Assembly: GCF_964355755.1 (NCBI RefSeq)
Contig: NC_092672.1
Location: 20,039,237 to 20,103,236 of the forward strand
Source: Antedon mediterranea
Taxonomy: Eukaryota > Animalia > Echinodermata
Direction of reading: 5' to 3'
DNA: 64,000 nucleotides
Shown: positions 58,301 to 64,000 of the stretch, in pieces
How positions within the stretch are numbered: position 1 is the first letter of the stretch
Layout of the letters: every line of letters starts with the position of its first letter
The notes under the pieces: model-generated
What the model saw: the letters and a program-made list of their open reading frames with translations, nothing else
The model's database searches: none
What the model was told of the DNA's origin: nothing
Position numbers and translations under genes: made by a program

Positions 58301-60917
58301 ACGTGAAGGATAGATACATTATGTGAAGTTAAATGTAATATAAAGTTGGTAATACATAAGGATAACAACTAAGGAGATTCTGTATTAATCACTTTCAACT
58401 ACCATGTCTGTGTTTTGGGGATATTAATTATTCCCTATGCAGCAATATATATTGTGACCTGATTTATGGAAAGTTATGGTGTTTTAGGAATTTATATTCA
58501 TACATACAGACATATTCAAACAATGATTTTCAACAACTATGATAATTATGATAATTATTCTCAATTTATATCATAATTTTGGAAACTTGTCTTCAACTAT
58601 TTAGAGTTGTCAGAGGATAATTTTAAACAGTTGATTGCAGACTTTGCAAAATGGTTTGATGATCGTGGTCTCCTTAAAAGGCTACAAGTTCTATGCATAG
58701 AAATAGTAGATGACATCAAAGAGTTGAAAATGACATAGACCATTTTAAATATCTATGTTTTTGTAGCCTCTTTATCTACCCACTAGAATAGACTCATTAA
58801 TGTACAATATATAACATGTGATGGATCATGTAGATATGGAAGGCAACAAACAACTGACATAGACCATTTTAAATCTCTATGTTTTTGTAGCCTCTTTATC
58901 TACCCACTAGACTAGACTCATTAATGTACAATAGATAGCATCTGATACATCATATAGATATGAAAGGCAACAAACAACTGACATACACCATTTTAAATCT
59001 CTATGTTTTTGTAACCTCTTTATCTACCCACTAGACTAGACTCATTAATGTACAATAGATAGCATCTGATACATCATATAGATATGGAAGGCAACAAACA
59101 ACTGACATACACCATTTTAAATCTCTATGTTTTTGTAACCTCTTTATCTACCCACTAGACTAGACTCATTAATGTACAATATATAGCATCTGATGAATCA
59201 TGTAGATATGGAAGGCAACAAACAACTGACATACACCATTTTAGATCTCTATGTTTTTGTAACCTCTTTATCTCCCCACTACACTAGACTCATTAATGTA
59301 CAATAGATAGAATCAGATGAATTAATTGTGTGTTGCTTGTATAATAGGTCAGAGTATAGCATCAAATTAAACTCTGGGCAAACAAACAAAAGCCAGCCAG
59401 GTACAGGCATGAATTTTAAACATAATATCTGGTTAATTGTACATAAATCAAATATTTGTAGCAGAAATCAAGACGAAAAAACATTAATTTTCCCTTAATA
59501 TGGTCTAATACAAAATTTGGCAAAATTCTGCCATCAAAACCAGGAAGACTTTTTTTCAGTAGTTTGGTAGTTTAACCTAATGTAATAACATGTCTGGTGA
59601 CTCCCTAGAAGGTGAAAAAAAGATGGTGGATATACCGTGGATAATTTTTGCTATAGCATGAAAATAAGAAAATCTAAAGTTGAATAAAAATACCAGAAAT
59701 GTAAAATTCAACTTACATTACCTATATTTAGTGATCTGATAACATTTTTTACTACACCGTTTATTTTTCATAGCTTTTTAAAATGCCTCTCTATTTACAA
59801 AATTTGAATTTAGAGATTTTACTGTGTAATTTGAACTATGATCCCACTGATAAGAAAGTGCTTATTTTCAACAAACTTGTGTAACACAAATAAAATCCCA
59901 AAAATTATGAAACAAAGGGGAAACTATAGATCGATAATTATTGGAGTGTATGATCAATAGAAATTGTTTGCCCGCACCTGGCCTTAAAGATAATAACGTG
60001 AGAATGTAATTATCCACATTGATAGTTTTTTTAATGGTTATCTAGTTAGTAAATCACTGATTTATTAGTAAAGTGTTGTCTATGGTGTGATGATTGTCTA
60101 CCATGTGTCTTCTATGCATCATTTATGATGTGGATTTTAAACCTTAATTTCTTTTGGCAAATTACAATAGTATGGTCACAAAGAATATAAGTTGAATGGA
60201 AAGAATGTTTTAATGATTTAAAAGATTTCCTGTTTTGTTGACCTTCAAACTTTTTATTTTTTTAAAATATATTCATTATTCAAAATGTTGGTACTGAAAT
60301 TTTTTCAAATCAGCTATCTCGGCCTTTTATTGTGTCTACAAAAAAAACGACCCAGTGACATATATTACACTGTTGGTTTTTTAGGTGAACTATCTGACGA
60401 TAACTATCGGGAACTGCTCAGCAAAGTGTCATCGTGGTTCAAGGAATCAGAGAAAGTCAACCTATTGAAAGTTATACTTTGCAAGTGTGAACAATTTTCT
60501 GTTGTCGAAATAGAAAGAAGCAATGATCCATTTGAGCTGTTTAAGTTACTTGAAGGTCCTGGAATCATTAGCCAATCAAATATCGATGTTCTCATTGAAA
60601 TCATTGCAATAGGAGGAATAGAGGGTGTGTATGAAAGCATCAAGCACTTGATACCAACCTTTGCTGGATTTGAGAAATTAATCATCTCTGAACGCTGGAA
60701 TGATGTACGAAAGGTGATCAGATTTGGTCTTAAGATAAGTAACGCAGATAAAGTAAAAATTGGACAGTTGCGTGGCCTGAAGGTTAAGGAATGGGATGAT
60801 GTTTGGATTTTAATATTTAAGTTAGTAATGAAAGATACATTCACTAAAAAGAGCACAGAATTCGTTCGACTACTTAAGGACAATGACATGGATAGCCTTG
60901 CTACATTATTGGAATAG
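7267..60917 (+). CDS. Spliced gene, 5'-partial: ankyrin-Roc-COR-linker-DED Roco-family protein, 23 exons, ~1057 aa in window
   Basis: All exons listed below have AG/GT borders and compatible phases. They sum to 3174 nt with no internal stop, ending at TAG 60915-60917. Roc G1-G5 motifs and COR motifs are recognisable. Confidence 0.88.
10311..11968. mobile_element. Non-autonomous hAT element with internal ~200-bp tandem repeats
   Basis: TIR catagttgcca/tggcaacgctg; 8-bp TSD ccttcatc (10303-10310, 11969-11976); empty site in the paralog near 20417-20424. Confidence 0.88.
12290..12915. mobile_element. TTAA-targeting MITE, Kolobok-like
   Basis: TTAA TSD (12286-12289, 12916-12919); imperfect TIR agaccccttccctgc/gtagggaatggggct with RR..YY termini; empty site near 29667. 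Confidence 0.8.
13318..14240. mobile_element. Non-autonomous element with long terminal palindrome (Crypton-like architecture)
   Basis: ~160-nt hairpin 13321-13481 centred on gaggcaaagccgag; inverted repeat ttatataacatcta (~13484)/taggtgttatataa (~14224); absent from the paralogous copy. Confidence 0.55.
16618..16912. repeat. ~73-bp minisatellite, ~4 copies
   Basis: ttttaaatgcattatggctactcatacatgctgatt...; only one unit in the paralog at ~30609-30680. Confidence 0.85.
18777..18887 (+). CDS. Exon 2: ankyrin repeat (duplicate A)
   Basis: ttccag|AAT...AAG|gtaata; 111 nt, phase 0-0; NGNTPLHTHLANMFKDPTLEMVTCLINKGASVTSQNK. Confidence 0.88.
20441..21926 (+). mobile_element. Non-autonomous Helitron, copy 1
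   Basis: 5' TC after A; 3' hairpin ctagatggtacgc...gcgtaccatctag ending in CTAG; no TSD. Confidence 0.85.
21927..23015 (+). mobile_element. Non-autonomous Helitron, copy 2 (head-to-tail, internally deleted)
   Basis: Same 5' ~470 bp as copy 1; ends catCTAG before T; empty site gta|ttgttataatg at ~11992. Confidence 0.82.
23100..24750 (-). mobile_element. Decayed LINE (CR1/L2 group) RT remnant
   Basis: Minus-strand fragment FLDLSKTFDVVNHDI...KLFRYGI (24118..24348); flanks full of stops; limits approximate. Confidence 0.65.
24958..25222. repeat. Direct repeat of ~75 bp, ~190 bp apart
   Basis: tttttgaaatagtaaatgatcagagatgtctgaattgtaa...gataaaatatcaaaat occurs twice. Confidence 0.7.
27866..28160. 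repeat. Dispersed repeat; inverted copy at ~45324-45647
   Basis: aaaaacccattggctggaagccaatttgaacatt versus aatgttcaaattggctgccagccaatgggttttt, with matching flanks. Confidence 0.7.
28878..28992 (+). mobile_element. Second HINE-like element
   Basis: Homologous to 3712-3815. Confidence 0.6.
32557..32661 (+). CDS. Exon 3: ankyrin repeat (duplicate B)
   Basis: ttccag|AAT...AAG|gtaata; 105 nt, phase 0-0; NGNTPLHIHLARRNPTLEMVTCLINKGASVTSQNK. Confidence 0.88.
32877..36919 (+). mobile_element. Near full-length L2-group (Crack/Daphne-like) LINE, APE plus RT
   Basis: ORF 33345..35867 (HLNARS, TET, GGGV, GDFNI, SDHFP, PQGS, FADD) continued by 35902..36462 after a frameshifting deletion near 35810; (AAACG)n tail; empty site at ~19105. 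Confidence 0.92.
33345..36462 (+). pseudogene. LINE ORF2 endonuclease-RT with one frameshift
   Basis: FLGVTIDASLTWKLHI appears in a different frame at ~35816, contiguous with the 35902 ORF. Confidence 0.88.
38092..38257 (+). mobile_element. 5'-truncated SINE with MetaSINE-like core
   Basis: tgtactttaaagaacctagtacatctttcgagacgagtgggggt core; (TTCAA)n tail; 9-bp direct repeat aatagaata at 38083-38091 and 38258-38266. Confidence 0.6.
38260..41560. repeat. Compound satellite of 21-bp units tgtgctatccatttgaaa(t/ga)a in higher-order repeats, split by a MITE
   Basis: Arrays at 38260-39653 and 41292-41560. Confidence 0.9.
39654..41291. mobile_element. Non-autonomous TIR element with 5-bp TSD (hAT5-like)
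   Basis: TIR ctggggcggatccaga/tctggatccgccccag; TSD gtact (39649-39653, 41292-41296) reconstitutes the satellite unit. Confidence 0.8.
43595..43705 (+). CDS. Exon 4: divergent ankyrin repeat
   Basis: ccacag|GAT...AAG|gtaata; 111 nt, phase 0-0; DGNPPLYEYLIQSLNPASEIVKFLIKKDSALLTLLNK. Confidence 0.85.
44545..44707. repeat. ~81-bp tandem duplication
   Basis: aaagctcactcatattatgggataaagaggcc...aaacacagga x2. Confidence 0.85.
44919..45003 (+). CDS. Exon 5: ankyrin C-cap/linker
   Basis: ttttag|GAA...A|gtaagt; EGKTPESVVETNVYITKKEKTVILNYFD; phase 0-1 joins exon 6 in frame. Confidence 0.8.
45868..46030 (+). CDS. Exon 6: pre-Roc motif and P-loop
   Basis: LVPAEIRARGKQAIKIYKEELKTGSMSVVNSRCMFLGKEGAGKTSCVKAMVGE; GxxxxGKT/S Walker A; phase 1-2. 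Confidence 0.92.
46417..46517 (+). CDS. Exon 7: Roc switch I
   Basis: FNSAEQSTDGIVTTTVFQAKKDCSQWKKIKDVN; STxGI motif; donor G|gtgaga; phase 2-1. Confidence 0.88.
46873..46941 (+). CDS. Exon 8: Roc insert
   Basis: gtatag|AT...G|gtaggt; DIELSEQIRSHALGEKVDKRLQE; 69 nt, phase 1-1. Confidence 0.8.
47053..47183 (+). CDS. Exon 9: Roc switch II
   Basis: EGNVGTWAKFKNAMYKMVRRKENVSDITSIWDYAGQLDYYITHR; WD(F/Y)AGQxxYYxTH Roc signature; phase 1-0. Confidence 0.93.
48725..48814 (+). CDS. Exon 10: Roc
   Basis: ttccag|TTT...ATA|gtaagt; FFLTNTVSYCVAFNVMDNLDEPAKPRDSKI continues the THRFFL motif. Confidence 0.9.
48919..49107 (+). CDS. Exon 11: Roc G4
   Basis: GQLGMTNLDMNFFWIRSIYEH...SPPICLVATHVDKL...; WxxSI and PPxxLVxTHxD motifs; phase 0-0. 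Confidence 0.92.
50098..50340 (+). CDS. Exon 12: Roc G5 and start of COR
   Basis: ...MYMVDNT...EVPVKWVNLQESL...CITFEE; 243 nt, phase 0-0. Confidence 0.9.
50532..50726 (+). CDS. Exon 13: COR
   Basis: VFRIGTECEISEERLDTAIKYMNDIGIILH...LKNTVITDLQMMIQMVTKVIT; matches the COR pattern L.fLhdlG.ilh...L...V..dPqwl; phase 0-0. Confidence 0.88.
50896..51054 (+). CDS. Exon 14: COR
   Basis: QMRVLWKSLDEEGILEERLLRYLW...VMKTFGLLFEKLK; donor gtaagt. Confidence 0.88.
51260..51547 (+). CDS. Exon 15: COR
   Basis: VTEGNRVFFVPSRM...FLPNAVYNTLIV...; resembles the y.vP..L and flP.g.f..L COR motifs; 288 nt. Confidence 0.88.
51783..51863 (+). CDS. Exon 16: COR C-terminal part
   Basis: catcag|CTT...GAG|gtaaag; LEITHLTEVDGNARGQMKEPQPSFCIE; 81 nt. 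Confidence 0.82.
52371..52581 (+). CDS. Exon 17: end of COR plus Cys/His cluster
   Basis: ttgtag|GTG...G|gttagt; VLSYLMHQLETV...CVLCTACNPAEKPHLHDFKKCLKLDTNSVKC...WLFLE; phase 0-1. Confidence 0.86.
52824..52853 (+). CDS. Exon 18: 30-nt linker micro-exon
   Basis: ctgcag|AA...ACAG|gtttgt; EKRETSSSVT; phase 1-1; shares ACAAGCTCA...ACAG with the 45-nt exons. Confidence 0.7.
52922..53694. repeat. 43-bp minisatellite, ~18 copies
   Basis: tgataacatgaaactatcagtatccac(a/c)taagat(g/a)aaa.aaaa. Confidence 0.95.
54826..54870 (+). CDS. Exon 19: 45-nt linker micro-exon
   Basis: gcatag|AT...CAG|gttagt; DTQTATPLSTSSLET; phase 1-1. Confidence 0.75.
55019..55063 (+). CDS. Exon 20: 45-nt linker micro-exon (alternative in-frame donor after 55069)
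   Basis: gcatag|AT...CAG|gtatag; DAPIAAPLATSSLGT; a second donor AG|gtgagt lies 6 nt downstream. Confidence 0.72.
55051..56181. repeat. 34-bp minisatellite, ~33 copies, containing the exon 20 3' end and splice donors
   Basis: tcattagggacag|gtatag|gtgagtaacattaga. Confidence 0.95.
56426..57050. mobile_element. MITE, PIF/Harbinger-like
   Basis: Imperfect TIR agccttcacacgtacggcttaag/cttacgccatacgtgtgaacaggct; internal ttcacacg repeats; TSD unclear. Confidence 0.55.
57976..58020 (+). CDS. Exon 21: 45-nt linker micro-exon
   Basis: gtatag|AT...CAG|gtaagt; DTLTTTPLATSSLRT. Confidence 0.75.
58075..58119 (+). CDS. Exon 22: identical copy of exon 21 (99-bp tandem duplication)
   Basis: Same 45 nt and splice sites as exon 21; separated from it by a 54-nt intron. 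Confidence 0.6.
58605..58738 (+). pseudogene. Truncated alternative terminal exon: N-terminal part of a DED-like domain
   Basis: atttag|AG, phase 1; ELSEDNFKQLIADFAKWFDDRGLLKRLQVLCIEIVDDIKELKMT* aligns with ELSDDNYRELLSKVSSWFKESEKVNLLKVIL of the last exon; the stop codon lies inside the 124-bp repeat. Confidence 0.72.
58731..59320. repeat. 124-bp minisatellite, ~4.7 copies
   Basis: Unit starts at 58731, 58855, 58979, 59103, 59227. Confidence 0.92.
60385..60917 (+). CDS. Exon 23 (terminal): DED-like domain followed by a probable second death-fold
   Basis: ttttag|GT, phase 1; YRELLSKVS...LLKVIL...DPFELFKLLEGPGIISQSNIDVLIEII fits the DED pattern (LF..Le..g.is..N...L.ell); a second helical unit follows to the stop. 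Confidence 0.8.
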
Positions 60918-61453
60918 ATAAAATACAAGATAACAATACATAACATGTGACAACATAACACTGAATTAACATTCTACTACTTAAGGACAATGACATGGAT
61001 AGCCTTGCTACATTATTGGAATAGATAGAATACAAGATAACAATACATAACATGTGACAACATAACACTGAATTAACATTCTACTACTTAAAGACAATGA
61101 CATGGATAGCCTTGCTACATTATTGGAATAGATAGAATACAAGATAACAATACATAACATGTGACAACATAACACTGAATTAACATTCTACTACTTAAGG
61201 ACAATGACATGGATAGCCTTGCTACATTATTGGAATAGATAGAATACAAGATAACAATACATAACATGTGACAACATAACACTGAATTAACATTCTACTA
61301 CTTAAAGACAATGACATGGATAGCCTTGCTACATTATTGGAATAGATAGAATACAAGATAACAATACATAACATGTGACAACATAACACTGAATTAACAT
61401 TCTACTACTTAAGGACAATGACATGGATAGCCTTGCTACATTATTGGAATAGA
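60870..61453. repeat. 107-bp tandem repeat (~5.4 copies) spanning the last codons, stop and proximal 3' UTR
   Basis: tacttaa(g/a)gacaatg at 60871, 60978, 61085, 61192, 61299, 61406. Confidence 0.93.
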
Positions 61454-61920
61454 ATGGAATTTAAATGTGACAATATAACTATTAGAATCAGAATTACTAA
61501 AAAGTGACTACAATTTAATAACAGTTGTTTGGATTTTTTTTTTTAAATAAACTAATTACAACCAATCAAAATCTGAATTTGATTGTAAAGAACCTGTAAA
61601 GTTTTATTAAATACAGTCAGTTCATCCAAAACCATACCTTTTTAATGTCCCAAATTGTTCAGAATACCAGATATATTAGCTCAGCCCAAGGCTGTCCTGT
61701 TTTGGAAAGTTGACTGTATTATTAAATTATTTATTGGTTATTGTAATAATGTTTCAAGACAAATATTTAATCTTGCAAAAATTCATACAGTAGTGATTCA
61801 GATTTAATAGCTCTTGATGGACAATACAGCTTCTCTGTCCTTAAGAAGTATACAGACAGCTGAAGTTTAAAGATGAAATGTAGCTTACTGTCACAAGTCT
61901 AACCTTTTTTTGCAAACCAT

Positions 61921-62365
61921 ATCTCTCTGTATTTGTAGCCTCTTTATCTATCTACTAGACTAGACTCATTAATGTACAATATATAGCATCTGATGGACCA
62001 TGTAGATATGGAAGACAACAAACAACTGACATACACCATTTTAAATCTCTATGTTTTTGTAGCCTCTTTATCTACCCACTAGACTAGACTCATTAATGTA
62101 CAATATATAACATGTGATGGATCATGTAGATATGGAAGTCAACAAACAACTGACATACATCATTTTAAATATCTATGTTTTTGTAGCCTCTTTATCTACC
62201 CACTAGAATAGACTCATTAATGTACAATATATAACATGTGATGGATCATGTAGATATGGAAGGCAACAAACAACTGACATACACCATTTTAAATCTCTAT
62301 GTTTTTGTAACCTCTTTATCTACCCACTAGACTAGACTCATTAATGTACAATAAATAGCATGTGA
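61921..62365. repeat. Second array of the 124-bp minisatellite, ~3.6 copies
   Basis: Same unit as 58731; tgacat at 62027, 62151, 62275. Confidence 0.9.
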
Positions 62366-62493
62366 TAGGAATAATTATTTCAATGTTGTTTATTTCAGGT
62401 GCTTTTTTTTTTTTCCAATTTATATTTGTGTATGTTTTTTTTACAATCAATCATTGTGAGTTTATTTTAAATACTTAAATATTATTGTAAGTG

Positions 62494-62618
62494 TTAAAGC
62501 TTTGTACATTATATTATATACATTATGAAATAAAATGTGAATAAGATGATTTATTGTTAAAGCTTTGTACATTATATTATATACGTTATGAAATAAAATG
62601 TGAATAAGATGATTTATT
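62494..62618. repeat. ~62-bp tandem duplication containing AATAAA (candidate polyA signals)
   Basis: tgttaaagctttgtacattatattatatac.ttatgaaataaaatgtgaataagatgatttat x2. Confidence 0.7.
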
Positions 62619-64000
62619 TTTGTATATAGACAATTGTAAAAATGAACACATTTAATATTGTGTGTTTATATGATGTGGGATTTTTAGGTGGATGTGTGTT
62701 AACAGATAACAATAGTGATAGTAGCAATAATAATGCACAGTTACAATACTGATAACAATGTAGTCACTCATATAAACAAATAAAATATATAAATATTATT
62801 ATATAATTTACTTATATAATGAGGACATGTTCACCTAAAGAGTGTGAGTGCTGGCTGTGTACAGGCTGATAGTCATTAAATTGTTTACACAACTTTTACC
62901 TGCTGCCACAATATTAGGTTAATTACATTTGGTATTTTAAGATGGAAATTATCGGCAATTTTGAAGCAATTTTTATATGAAGTTTAAAAATCCAATAAAT
63001 TGAAAGAAGAATACCAATCTAATATAATAGTTTTTGTATGTTTATTTTTCTGTAGGTAGGTTATGCAAACATTATGAATTATTCATAATGTGTAGTGCAT
63101 CAGCTATGTTTGTTATAATGGATTGCTATGTTTAAAAAAAATCATCAGAAAATCACTATATTAATTTATTTTGTGCATTATGAGAAATGCAGTTTATGGC
63201 TCAGCAAATGATGCAAACTAAGGGATTTAATGTATTACCAGTCTGTGGTACAAGGGTTGTTGTTATTGTAATTATTAGGCCCATTATTGACAGTCCATTG
63301 GGGGAAACAACAAAAGCTGAGCCGAAAATGGTTCTTACCAAAGAATATATGTCACAAGAATGAGTAATCCGCGATTTTCCCTGTAACAGTAATATTGTCC
63401 ATGTGGTAGGGCGCCGCCATAAGTAAAGGATGTATACAACTTTTTGTGACGGTTACACTAATCTAAGCCTGCACCACCGATAGTATTTTCATGATAAAAA
63501 ATGTTATCAACTACATGCCAACATCATGTTAAATGCTGTTTGGATATTTAATTGTTCGTTTCATGCAATTTATGTAGTAAAAACTGCCGAATAAACAGTT
63601 CGCTTCATCAACCGGGCGTGAATTGATGTTTACGCGTTTTCACGAAGGATAGTTTAATAATATTTCTATATTTAACTTGTTTCTGGTATAACAAATAAAT
63701 GTTAATGAAATTTAACATTGTATCCTATTAATAACATGTATTTTATACTAATTTATATCTTAAAAACAATACTTAATTTACCGGGCGTAGATTAGTACGC
63801 GGCAATGGTAAAGAATAGGCCGTGCTGACTAACGCTTCGTTGATTTTTGGAGTTGCTGTTAGGCTTTTTTGTGAACTAATTTAGTATGGTAGTAAATAAT
63901 TTTCTGTAGAAGTGAATGTACACTACTTTGGTATTATATATGCATTATAAAATGTTTTACAATTGCAAAATATATTATCATAATTCTATTTAATCATAAT

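Noticed and set aside
60285-60384. N-terminal extension of the 210-aa ORF as a standalone gene with a signal peptide
   Set aside because: A good acceptor at 60384 with matching phase explains the ORF as a terminal exon; the upstream part is intron.
7267-60917. Assigning DAPK1, LRRK or MFHAS1 gene symbols
   Set aside because: No kinase or LRR exons in the window, the C-terminus is DED-like, and orthology cannot be established by eye.
60404-60961. 185-aa minus-strand ORF
   Set aside because: Antisense shadow of the terminal DED exon; no recognisable motifs.

Overview
AT-rich eukaryotic genomic DNA (invertebrate-animal-like; taxon not determinable from sequence alone), not prokaryotic. Most of the window is one + strand, intron-rich gene assembled by hand from GT-AG junctions with consistent phases: 23 exons, 7267..60917, 3174 nt, about 1057 aa. 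Its 5' end is probably upstream of the window. Domain order is ankyrin repeats (one repeat per phase-0 exon), Roc GTPase (GKEGAGKTS, STDGI, WDYAGQ, ATHVD, VDNT), COR, a Cys/His cluster, a Ser/Thr/Pro linker of duplicated 45-nt phase-1 micro-exons, and a C-terminal DED-like death-fold region. No kinase exons are seen in the window. Each outer module shows exon-level duplication: two near-identical ankyrin exons differing in one small patch, four linker micro-exons, and a second, truncated DED-type terminal exon. The introns hold three large LINEs plus a decayed one, tandem Helitrons, hAT-, Kolobok-, P- and Harbinger-like non-autonomous elements, a SINE and several minisatellites, some seeded on exon ends. 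A segmental duplication around the ankyrin exons preserves the empty sites of several insertions.
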